From: Clostridiaceae bacterium
Lineage (GTDB): Bacteria; Bacillota; Clostridia; Saccharofermentanales; DTU023
Assembly: GCA_012521015.1 (NCBI GenBank)
Contig: JAAYNE010000149.1
Coordinates: forward strand, 228 to 64,227
Length of the DNA stretch: 64,000 nucleotides
Direction: 5' to 3'
Position numbers and translations under genes: made by a program. How positions within the stretch are numbered: the stretch's first letter is position 1; each line of letters opens with the position of its first letter. Below, in pieces: positions 1-8,517 of this stretch. The notes beneath the pieces are model-generated. The model was not told the origin of the DNA, made no database searches, and worked only from the letters and a program-made list of their open reading frames with translations.

Positions 1-180
1 CTGGATAAAGGTTCCGGTGAACCGAACAAAAGTAAGGTTGCGACAGTGGCTTGGTCAGAATGCTTGAAAATCGCTGAAATGAAAATGAAAGATTTAAATG
101 CCGCTGATGTTGAAGCCGGTGCAAGAATGGTTGCAGGAACGGCACGTTCAATGGGCATCAAGATCGATATGGATCAGTAA
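1..180 (+). CDS. rplK: 50S ribosomal protein L11, C-terminal part (5' end lies outside the window)
   Basis: Frame 1 is open from the window edge to TAA 178-180. The translation ...[15 protein letters not shown] matches the conserved L11 C-terminus. It sits directly upstream of rplA, as in the canonical operon. Confidence 0.85.
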   Translation: MDKGSGEPNKSKVATVAWSECLKIAEMKMKDLNAADVEAGARMVAGTARSMGIKIDMDQ

Positions 181-191
181 AGGAGTCAAAT

Positions 192-884
192 ATGGCAAAA
201 AGAGGCAAAAGGTATCAAGAAGTTGCTGCTAAAGTGGATTTTGAAAAAACTTATGAACCGGATGAAGCAATTTCTTTATTGAAAGAAACAGCAACTGCCA
301 AATTTGATGAAACAGTTGAAATGCATTTTCGTCTAGGTGTTGACTCCAGACATGCAGATCAACAAGTTAGGGGGGCAGTTGTTTTACCACACGGTACAGG
401 TCGCAAAGTAAAAGTTTTAGTTATTACGCAAGGACCGAAAGTTGAAGAAGCTGAAGAGGCCGGTGCCGATTATGTCGGTGGTCAAGAATTGGTCGACAAA
501 ATCAAAAATGAAAACTGGCTTGACTTTGATGTAGTTATTGCAAGCCCGGACATGATGGGTTTAGTTGGACCTTTAGGTCGGATATTAGGACCTCATGGTT
601 TAATGCCGAATCCGAAAGCCGGTACGGTAACCATGGATATTAAACAAGCTGTTACAGACAGTAAAGCCGGTAAAATTGAATATCGTTTAGACAGACAGAA
701 TATTATTCATTGTCCAATCGGTAAAGTATCTTTTACTGAAGAACAATTGTTGGATAACTTTAATGTTTTGCTTGATGCGGTTATCAAAGCGAAACCTACG
801 GGTGCCAAGGGGACATACATCAAAACCTTGCATATAGCTTCAACAATGGGACCCGGAATTAAAGTCAATTCTAAACAAAACTGA
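192..884 (+). CDS. rplA: 50S ribosomal protein L1
   Basis: 230-aa ORF with an AAGGAG SD upstream. Typical L1 motifs are present: [13 protein letters not shown] and VVLPHGTGR. Confidence 0.95.
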   Translation: MAKRGKRYQEVAAKVDFEKTYEPDEAISLLKETATAKFDETVEMHFRLGVDSRHADQQVRGAVVLPHGTGRKVKVLVITQGPKVEEAEEAGADYVGGQELVDKIKNENWLDFDVVIASPDMMGLVGPLGRILGPHGLMPNPKAGTVTMDIKQAVTDSKAGKIEYRLDRQNIIHCPIGKVSFTEEQLLDNFNVLLDAVIKAKPTGAKGTYIKTLHIASTMGPGIKVNSKQN

Positions 885-1019
885 GATATACATTATCTTT
901 TAGTTGAAGATTAATAAGCAAATATACAAACAAGTTTTGTGTTTTTACTAAAATAAAAAGCTATTTGCTTTGCGCTGAAAATTAAGCTAGAATTGATGCG
1001 CATTAAACAATTAAATATT

Positions 1020-1175
1020 GCCTTAACGCCAGAGACAGCAGGAGTTCTTGTAACGTAATAATTTCCTGCCGAGGTGGACAGTAGGTTTTTTCAATAATAT
1101 TTTACAATAATATTGTGAAAGATTGCTTTATGTAGTACTTCCTACCCCTCCGCCTAAGCGTGAGGGGTATTTAAA
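1020..1175 (+). promoter_or_regulatory. Putative ribosomal protein L10 leader / attenuator upstream of rplJ
   Basis: A structured GC-richer segment sits in an otherwise AT-rich 310-nt rplA-rplJ spacer. It ends in a hairpin, tacccctc(1143-1150)/gaggggta(1162-1169), followed by TTT, just before the rplJ SD. Position and layout fit the L10 leader known in low-GC Gram-positives. No covariance model was run. Confidence 0.45.
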
Positions 1176-1195
1176 TATAAGAAGGAGGTATTGCA

Positions 1196-1777
1196 ATGCC
1201 CAGTCCAAAAATTTTGGAAGACAAAAAGCAAAAAGTCAATCAATTGGCAAATGAACTTAAAGATGCTCAATCTATAGTTTTAGCTGATTACATGGGTCTG
1301 AATGTCGCTCAAGATACTGAAATGCGTACGGCTTTCCGTGAAGCGGGAGTTAATTATCGTGTTATCAAGAATCAAGTGATTTCACGCGCGTTTGATCAAT
1401 TAGGGATTGAGGGTTTTACAGATGAATTGACCGGACCAACAGCAATTGCTTATAGTGTGGATGATGTTGTTTTGGCCCCGAAATTGACTAAACAATATGC
1501 CGAAAAAATGAAGAAATTTGAAATTAAAGGCGGTGTCATGGAGGGTGTGAAGGTTGATCTTGAACAAATTTTCAAATTGGCAAGTATTCCTGATCAACAA
1601 ACACTTTATGGTCAATTGGTTTCCAGCTTAATTTTCCCGGTAACGTCATTAGCTATGACTTTGAATGCTTTAGCAGGAAAAGCTGCTGAAGAAGGTAAAG
1701 AAAATGTATCAGATATGGTTGTTGTAGCAGATGGTTCAGTTGAAACCAAAGAAGAAGCTACAAAAGCAGTTGCCTAA
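1196..1777 (+). CDS. rplJ: 50S ribosomal protein L10 (with an unusual C-terminal tail)
   Basis: 193-aa ORF with a GAAGGAGG SD. The L10 core IVLADYMGLNV...YRVIKN is present. It ends at TAA 1775-1777, but the frame stays open beyond the stop (see next feature). Confidence 0.9.
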   Translation: MPSPKILEDKKQKVNQLANELKDAQSIVLADYMGLNVAQDTEMRTAFREAGVNYRVIKNQVISRAFDQLGIEGFTDELTGPTAIAYSVDDVVLAPKLTKQYAEKMKKFEIKGGVMEGVKVDLEQIFKLASIPDQQTLYGQLVSSLIFPVTSLAMTLNALAGKAAEEGKENVSDMVVVADGSVETKEEATKAVA

Positions 1778-2176
1778 GAAGCTGCAGATGCAACAAAAGC
1801 AACCGAAACTGAAGTTGAAGCTGAAGCGGTTGAAGAAGTTGCAACAAAAACAGAAGCTAAGACTGATGAAAAAGCTGAAAAAGTAGAAGCAGCTAGAACT
1901 AAAACAGTAGAAAAAGCAGAAAAAGTAGAAGCAGCTAAAACTAAAACAGTAGAAAAAGCAGAAAAGGCAGAAAAGGCAAAAACCAATACTGAAGACACTA
2001 CAGATGAAGCTGTTTTAACGAAAGCAGAAACTAAAGCTGAAATAGTTGAAACAAAGGCTAAAGCAACTAAAACAGCTAAGAATACTGAAAAAGCAAAAAA
2101 TAATGCGGAAGATGTTGCAGTTGAAGATGTTCCGGCAAAAGCAGAAAAAGAAGCTGAAACTAAAGAAGAAGCTTAA
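1778..2176 (+). other. Start-less 132-codon Ala/Glu/Lys/Thr-rich open frame, in frame with rplJ after its TAA
   Basis: Same frame as rplJ. There is no ATG/GTG/TTG in frame, and no stop until TAA 2174-2176. Codon periodicity is strong (GAA/GCA/AAA/GCT). It contains a 42-bp tandem duplication (1877-1918 / 1919-1960, 1 mismatch). Confidence 0.6.
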
Positions 2177-2223
2177 TTAAAAACAAAAATTAATTTACCA
2201 ATATTATTGTGGAGGAAAAACAT

Positions 2224-2607
2224 ATGGCAGATAAAATTGCTAAAATCATGGAAGATGTTAAAAGTCTTACCGTTATAGAATTAAATGAATTAGTAAAAGC
2301 ATTAGAAGAAGAATTCGGCGTATCAGCTGCAGCAATGATGGCTGTTGCTCCTGCTGCCGGTGGAGCTGCAGGCGGTGCAGCTGCTGAAGAAGAACAAACA
2401 GAGTTTACTGTTGTTCTTAAGAGTCCGGGTGCGTCCAAAATTCCTGTTATTAAAATTGTTCGTGAATTGACAGGTTTAGGTCTCAAAGAAGCAAAAGCTG
2501 TTGTTGATGAAGCTCCGAAAGCAGTTAAAGAAAATGTCAGCAAAGACGAGGCTGATGCTGCTGCTGCTAAACTTCAAGAAGCCGGTGCTGAAGTAGAAAT
2601 TCAATAA
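2224..2607 (+). CDS. rplL: 50S ribosomal protein L7/L12
   Basis: [33 protein letters not shown]... is classic L7/L12. ATG 2224 follows a GGAGG SD. The GTG at 2209 used by the ORF track lies inside the SD region. Confidence 0.95.
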   Translation: MADKIAKIMEDVKSLTVIELNELVKALEEEFGVSAAAMMAVAPAAGGAAGGAAAEEEQTEFTVVLKSPGASKIPVIKIVRELTGLGLKEAKAVVDEAPKAVKENVSKDEADAAAAKLQEAGAEVEIQ

Positions 2608-2667
2608 TTTACTAGATTACCTTGGGTACACTAGTTTAAGGTGAACAACTAAAATTAGTCTTGAATC

Positions 2668-2705
2668 GTAGCGTATTAAATCCTAATGCGCTACTTTTAT
2701 TTTTT
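2668..2705 (+). terminator. Rho-independent terminator after rplL
   Basis: Stem gtagcgtatt / aatgcgctac (one G-U pair), followed by ttttatttttt. Confidence 0.8.
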
Positions 2706-2844
2706 AAGTTAAATTAGTTTGGTTTTTTATTTATTAAATTGCGAGTTTATTTGTGTTCATTACAACATAATAACAATCCAAAAATTGACTGAAAACTGAT
2801 CCTGATTAATAATAAGTTATACTGCAAATTATTATGGAGGCTAT

Positions 2845-4143
2845 ATGTTAGATATTAACTTAATTCGCAAAAATTATGAATATGTAAGTGAGAAACTTGC
2901 AATTAAAGGTGTGTCTGTAGATTTTTCGGAATTTTTGGCAGATGACCAAAAACGACGAGATTTGATTCATACAACTGAACAATTGAAGGCTGAACGCAAC
3001 AAATCATCAGCTGATGTTCCGAAGTACAAAAAAGAAGGTAAAGATGTTTCCGAATTACTGGCGAGAATGCGTGAAATCGGCGATCAGATTAAAGAAAATG
3101 ATCAGCTGATTGCTGATATGAACCAAAAACAAAATGAGTTTATTGCCGGTTTACCGAATTTACCTGCCGATGGTGTTGTTCCCGGTGGCAAAGAAAATAA
3201 TCAAGTAATCAGTACCTTCGGTGAAAAACCGGTATTTTCTTTTGAACCACAACATCATGTCGACATAGTTGAGCATTTGGGCATTATTGATTATGCCAGA
3301 GGGGCAAAATTATCCGGTTCAGGCAATTGGGTTTATCGTGGAATGGGTGCTCAACTTGAATGGGCATTACTGAATTATTTTATTCAAAACCATCTTGTTG
3401 ATGGCTATGAAATGATCCTGCCGCCACATCTCCTAAACTATGAATGCGGTTTCACTGCCGGTCAATTTCCGAAATTTGTCGATGATATTTTTACACTCAG
3501 ATCAAAAGATGATTCCGATGCGGTTCATGGTTTTAAAAGATTTCTTTTACCAACTTCGGAAACTGCTTTAGTCAATTTACATCGCGATGAAATTTTGAAT
3601 CAAGCTGAATTACCTAAAAAGTATTTTGCGTATACGCCTTGTTATAGAAGTGAAGCCGGTAGTTATCGAGCTGAAGAACGGGGAATGATCAGAGGTCATC
3701 AATTCAATAAAGTAGAAATTTTTCAATATACTTTACCCCATAATTCCGATCAGGCTTTACAAGAACTTATTTCAAAAGCCGAGCGTTTGGTTCAGGGTTT
3801 AGGTTTGCATTATCGAGTCAGTAAATTAGCTGCAGAAGATTGTTCTGCCTCAATGCGAGAAACATATGATATTGAAGTATGGATTCCCAGCATGAATGAC
3901 TATAAAGAAGTTTCTTCCGCTTCCAATGCAGGAGATTATCAAGCACGCAGAGGGAATATCCGTTTTCGCAATGAAGAAACGGGAAAAAATGAATATGTCC
4001 ATACATTGAATGCTTCGGGTCTTGCTACCAGCAGAATTTTTCCTGCGATTATGGAGCAATATCAGCAAGCAGACGGTACGGTTATTGTACCTGAAGTATT
4101 AAGACCTTTCATGAACGGCGCAGAAGTAATCTGTCCGAGATAA
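2845..4143 (+). CDS. serS: Seryl-tRNA synthetase
   Basis: 432 aa. It has an N-terminal coiled-coil arm and the class II core motifs TSETALVNLH, YRSEAGSYRAEERGMIRGHQFNKVE and TLNASGLATSR. Confidence 0.95.
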   Translation: MLDINLIRKNYEYVSEKLAIKGVSVDFSEFLADDQKRRDLIHTTEQLKAERNKSSADVPKYKKEGKDVSELLARMREIGDQIKENDQLIADMNQKQNEFIAGLPNLPADGVVPGGKENNQVISTFGEKPVFSFEPQHHVDIVEHLGIIDYARGAKLSGSGNWVYRGMGAQLEWALLNYFIQNHLVDGYEMILPPHLLNYECGFTAGQFPKFVDDIFTLRSKDDSDAVHGFKRFLLPTSETALVNLHRDEILNQAELPKKYFAYTPCYRSEAGSYRAEERGMIRGHQFNKVEIFQYTLPHNSDQALQELISKAERLVQGLGLHYRVSKLAAEDCSASMRETYDIEVWIPSMNDYKEVSSASNAGDYQARRGNIRFRNEETGKNEYVHTLNASGLATSRIFPAIMEQYQQADGTVIVPEVLRPFMNGAEVICPR

Positions 4144-4233
4144 ATGAGAAAGAAAGCCTGAATCAAAGACTATTTCTGCAAATTCTAATTCTTAATAAAT
4201 AGCGAGCTCCAATTTTGCTCAAAAATCGCAGCT

Positions 4234-4547
4234 CGGCAAATTTTACGGTCCAGCCTTAAAAAGCGTGCAAGCTCTTTAGTAAAACCGGCTTTCCTGGCTT
4301 GCATCTGCACACTTTTTAAGTTTATTCGGCAATTTTACGGTCCAGCCTTAAAAAGTGTGCAAGCTCTTTAGTAAAACGGGCTTTCCTGGCCTGCATCTGC
4401 ACACTTTTTAAGTTTATTCAGCAAATTTACGGTCCAACCTTAAAAAGTGTGTAAGCTCTTTAGTAAAACGGGCTTTCCTGGTCTGCGTCTGCACACTTTT
4501 TAAGTTTATTCAGCAATTTTACGGTCCAGTCTTAAAAAGTGTGCAAC
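4234..4547. repeat. Tandem array of a 92-93-bp hairpin-forming repeat (3 full units plus a 37-bp partial unit)
   Basis: Units are 4234-4326, 4327-4418, 4419-4510 and 4511-4547, about 90-95% identical by eye. Each carries the 15-bp inverted repeat cttaaaaagtgtgca ... tgcacactttttaag around a ~45-nt loop. It lies between the convergent serS and histidine kinase genes. Confidence 0.85.
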
Positions 4548-4610
4548 TTGCAGATTTAGAAATTCTGAGCAGAAAGCATTCTCCAGAATGAAAGTTTAAT
4601 CCTGGCTGTG

Positions 4611-6341
4611 CTAAAGATATTTTGGGATGCGAAGTTCAACAGTAAAAAGGTCACCGTCGATTTGAATATCGATGGTACCGTTTTGGGCAACAACTAAACT
4701 GCTGGCGATTGAAAGACCGATTCCGCTACCACCTTTACTTCTGGAACTATCACCTTGGACGAAACGTTCCAATAACTGATCTGCAGTAATATTCAACGGC
4801 TCGGCTGAAACATTACGTAAGCGGATTCGCATTTTGTCAGGAATGTTGTCCAATACGTCAAGATATACTCTAGTGTCCGGTTGAGCATATTTCACCACAT
4901 TGCTGAGTAAGTTATCTAAGATACGCCAGAAATATTTTCCGTCAGCCAAGATCATACATGGTTGCTCGGGGTAGGTCAAAATAAGTTTTAATTGGATTTT
5001 TTTCAGTCTGTTTTCATATTCGGCATAAGCTTGTTGCAGTATTTCTTTTAAGTCGAGTGGTATCAATTGGACTTGAATATTCCCGGTTGAGATCTTGGAT
5101 GCTTCAATCAAGTCTTCAATTAAATTCCGCAAACGATTAGCCTGACGAGCCAGAACTATAACATATTCCTCGGCCTGCTGATTATTTATTGATTCGCGTT
5201 GCAACAAATCGGTATACATAATAATTGAGGTTAGAGGGGTTTTGATGTCATGTGATACATTGGTAATCAATTCAGTTTTAAAAAGCTCACTTTTGGTTTT
5301 TACTTCAATTGCTTTATTAATACCATCATTGAGATTATTAACTGCTCTGGTTAATTCTTTGAAATCCGGTGTCATTTTTGTTTCATCTAAATGATGATCA
5401 AGTTTTCCTTGGGCTAGTGCCATAACGGCATCTCGAACCTTGCGATAATTCTTAAGAAACCTTATACAGATTACCAGGAAGATTAAATTGAAAATCAACA
5501 ACGCAATAGTTAAAAACACTGAAAAATAATTATGCAAGAGAGCGATTAGCAGAATATTTCCTGCAATATATAAAATAATTAGTAAAATCTCACGCCACAA
5601 AAGAGGAATAAAATAAAAAATGCTTTTGAGCGAATTAATGATTTTCTTAACAATTCCAATTGAGAGTTTGATTGTTTTATAAATAAAACAGCTTTTGACG
5701 AGAGTATCAGCTTTGATTTGGGTAACGATTAGAAGAAGATAGGTATAGATTACGATAAAGATACTTGTTGAAATAATACTTAAAAAGATTTGCAAACGTG
5801 GGAATGCTGCCAAATTGTTTTGGGCTAAAACTCGGGAAAAATAAAAAGCGATTGACAATAATGTTGCAATAAGAAAAGTAAGCGGAATTAACAATAAATC
5901 TGCCGGCCATTTTTTTATTATTGAAAATTGCATGTCTTCTTGGTCTTTTTGCCAGCCAAGACTGATACAATGATAAACAAAGCCGCTGAAAACAAAAAAC
6001 AATGCAATTACTGTCCAGATAATGTTTCCAGCACCACTCCCGGCGAAGTCAATATTCGCTTGTTTACTCTCCGAGGGATTTATGCTGCTATCTAATTGAG
6101 CAGGGCTTAAATCAGGTGTAAATAAATTTGTATTCGGAATTGCTTGATTAGGGATAAGTAATCCGTCATACTGAATTTCAGGCATCGGTATATTATTATT
6201 TTTTTTTAATTCTGGATTTGACGCAAAAAGATCTTGCTCAGCTGTTATATTGCTGATTGCTACAAAAGAGGCATAAAAGATACATATCGTAATAAAAAGA
6301 AAAATCGTTGCTTTTAAAAAAGTGCTTTTATAAAAATTCAT
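4611..6341 (-). CDS. Sensor histidine kinase with a large polytopic N-terminal membrane domain
   Basis: 576 aa. It has the H-box SHDIKTPLTSI, an N-box LLSNVVKYA and a G-box GGSGIGLSIA. There are multiple hydrophobic segments in the first ~300 aa. Confidence 0.85.
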   Translation of the reverse strand: MNFYKSTFLKATIFLFITICIFYASFVAISNITAEQDLFASNPELKKNNNIPMPEIQYDGLLIPNQAIPNTNLFTPDLSPAQLDSSINPSESKQANIDFAGSGAGNIIWTVIALFFVFSGFVYHCISLGWQKDQEDMQFSIIKKWPADLLLIPLTFLIATLLSIAFYFSRVLAQNNLAAFPRLQIFLSIISTSIFIVIYTYLLLIVTQIKADTLVKSCFIYKTIKLSIGIVKKIINSLKSIFYFIPLLWREILLIILYIAGNILLIALLHNYFSVFLTIALLIFNLIFLVICIRFLKNYRKVRDAVMALAQGKLDHHLDETKMTPDFKELTRAVNNLNDGINKAIEVKTKSELFKTELITNVSHDIKTPLTSIIMYTDLLQRESINNQQAEEYVIVLARQANRLRNLIEDLIEASKISTGNIQVQLIPLDLKEILQQAYAEYENRLKKIQLKLILTYPEQPCMILADGKYFWRILDNLLSNVVKYAQPDTRVYLDVLDNIPDKMRIRLRNVSAEPLNITADQLLERFVQGDSSRSKGGSGIGLSIASSLVVAQNGTIDIQIDGDLFTVELRIPKYL

Positions 6342-6345
6342 TAAT

Positions 6346-7044
6346 CTATAACTGTTCTAAACGGTAGCCTTGCCCCCAAATCACCGTGATTAATTGTGGA
6401 TCTGCGGGATCCGCTTCGATTTTTTCTCTTAAATGTCTAATATGAACTGCAACAGTTCCGTCTGCACCGAAGGCGGGTGATTGCCAAACTTCTTCGTAGA
6501 TTTCCGTAGTCGAGAAAACCTTGCCGGCTTGTTCCAATAAAAGCTTTAAAATATTATACTCAATCGGAGTCAAAGCCACCGGTTTGCCGTCAACAGTAAC
6601 TTCTCGGCTATCGATTTCCATGACTAAAGGTCCGGAGACTAGTCGATTGCCAGACTGCTTGACACCGCCAAGATTTGTATAACGTCTTAGTTGGGAACGT
6701 ACCCGAGCAACAACTTCCATCGGATTAAAAGGTTTTACAATGTAGTCGTCAGCACCGATGTTCAGACCAAAAACTTTATCATGGTCTTCACTTTTAGCTG
6801 TAAGGAGAATAATCGGTATATTACTTTTTTCTCTAATTTTTTTGGTAGTGTCTATTCCGTCTAATACCGGCATCATAATGTCCAAAACCACCAGATGAAC
6901 TTCTTCCTCAGCTAAAATGTCTAAGACTTGAGCTCCATTATTTGCTTCAAGAATATTGTATCCTTCTGCGGATAAATAGATTTTTAAAGCGACTAAAATA
7001 TCCTGGTCATCATCACAAATTAAGACAGTTTGCTTTTCATTCAT
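6346..7044 (-). CDS. OmpR-family response regulator
   Basis: 232 aa. The receiver domain shows DDD...VLDIMMP...K, and the winged-helix C-terminus ends GQGYRL. It lies 4 nt upstream of the kinase gene. Confidence 0.9.
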   Translation of the reverse strand: MNEKQTVLICDDDQDILVALKIYLSAEGYNILEANNGAQVLDILAEEEVHLVVLDIMMPVLDGIDTTKKIREKSNIPIILLTAKSEDHDKVFGLNIGADDYIVKPFNPMEVVARVRSQLRRYTNLGGVKQSGNRLVSGPLVMEIDSREVTVDGKPVALTPIEYNILKLLLEQAGKVFSTTEIYEEVWQSPAFGADGTVAVHIRHLREKIEADPADPQLITVIWGQGYRLEQL

Positions 7045-7392
7045 AATGCACTCCTTTTTTGAAGCTTTATTCTGTTAACTTAAAAATTAACAGCAATTTG
7101 AGGATCAATTTTACAGATTTGCAGAATTCAATGTTTATTATGTCTTTATATTTTTTTAAATTCAAACAAATTTTATATTTTATTTTCTATTCAATAAGTA
7201 TATGATAACTGAACAAAGAATAAAGTGATTGAGTTTAATCTTAAGAAATTTCTTAATAAATCTTAATCAATTTAGATAATTTATCAATGATTTTTAGTTT
7301 GGCGATTTGTTTAATAAATTTTTTTATGGTTTTTTAATTGACACTTACTATTTGATGTTTTTTAGTCAATGTCTTACGAAAGGGGTTAGTTA

Positions 7393-8310
7393 GTGTTATA
7401 TGTTGAGTTGGTTTCAAAAAAACTGTTGATCAATGATATTCCGGTGATTGAGATAATTCCTCGGGAGTTACAAGAGCAAGATGCGCCACTAATTGTATTT
7501 TATCATGGTTGGACTTCAAACAAAATAAACGGCGCCGGTTTTGGTGAAAGTATTGCAAGATTTGGTTTCCGAGTGGTTGTACCTGATTGTGTTTACCATG
7601 GTGAACGTAATATAACTCCTTTAGAAATGTGGGATGCCCATTTTCTTTTCCTTAGTATCATGGAAACAGCGACTGAATTTGGAAAAATAATTAATTATTA
7701 TCGAACTAAACAATTGATATCAAATAATTTCTATTGTGCTGCCGGTGTATCTATGGGCGGTTTAATTGCAAATATTTTAATCAGGAAATATCCGGGGATA
7801 AAAGCTGCCGGAATTTTTATGGCTTCGCCTCAATTGCAAAAATTTGCTGAATGGGTCAGTTTTGTTGGGTTGAAAGATATTTTTAAAGTCACTAAAGAAT
7901 TTTATCCGGAAATTAAGTTACCGGATGAGAATTTGCAGTTAGGTATTATCAATAAAGAATCGGATTTAATTATGGAACTTTTACCAAGATTAGAAAATTT
8001 TGATTTAAGTTTGCAACCGGAATTGATTGCCGGTCGTCCAATGTTTTATTGGCATGCACAGCCGGATCTGCTGATGCCTTATGATTTTACTGTAGAATTC
8101 TATGAAAAAATAAAAGATTTGCCCGAAGCGAAGTATGTTTATTTCAAAGGCGATGTTGAGGGTTCGCATTTTGTTCCTTTAATTGAAACACGACGCTTAG
8201 CTCTGTTTTTAAAAAATAGTTACCAAGCGCTGGCTTTACCGAATAGTCAAATTGCTAAAAAGGATATTTGGCAACTGACCAATGAACAAATTTTAGAATT
8301 TGTATGCTGA
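7393..8310 (+). CDS. Alpha/beta hydrolase (esterase / dienelactone-hydrolase-like)
   Basis: 305 aa with a GTG start. It has the nucleophile elbow GVSMGG, an HGW motif near the N-terminus and a C-terminal GSH. Confidence 0.6.
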   Translation: MLYVELVSKKLLINDIPVIEIIPRELQEQDAPLIVFYHGWTSNKINGAGFGESIARFGFRVVVPDCVYHGERNITPLEMWDAHFLFLSIMETATEFGKIINYYRTKQLISNNFYCAAGVSMGGLIANILIRKYPGIKAAGIFMASPQLQKFAEWVSFVGLKDIFKVTKEFYPEIKLPDENLQLGIINKESDLIMELLPRLENFDLSLQPELIAGRPMFYWHAQPDLLMPYDFTVEFYEKIKDLPEAKYVYFKGDVEGSHFVPLIETRRLALFLKNSYQALALPNSQIAKKDIWQLTNEQILEFVC

Positions 8311-8517
8311 ATTAAAATGGTAGTAAGCAAAAATAGCCTATTATTTGCGCACCGGGTTGTGTAAATGCAATTTTTCAAGAAAAGATTAACTATTCTGTTA
8401 ACTTGCAAATTTACAAACTTATAACAAGTTTACTCTCTTAAATTATTTTAATGATTATGCAGAGTATAGATTGATTTTGATATACTACTATAAAGTTATA
8501 TTCGTATAAGAGGGATC

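Noticed and set aside
1774-2543. Antisense ORFs 1774-1998(-) and 2190-2543(-)
   Set aside because: These are shadow frames opposite GAA/GCA/AAA-rich coding sequence (the rplJ extension and rplL). They give low-complexity S/A/F translations and have no SD.
2608-2844. T-box riboswitch upstream of serS
   Set aside because: After the rplL terminator only ~140 nt of very AT-rich sequence remain. I could find no T-box consensus (AGGGTGGNACCGCG-like) and no terminator/antiterminator pair.
4234-4547. Possible CRISPR array downstream of serS
   Set aside because: The repeat units are contiguous 92-93-bp copies with no unique spacers between them, and no cas genes are nearby. It is a plain tandem repeat.
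7241-7256. Perfect 16-bp palindrome ttaagaaatttcttaa upstream of the response-regulator operon, as a possible operator
   Set aside because: AT-only palindromes of this size are common in such AT-rich spacers. There is no second site and no supporting evidence.
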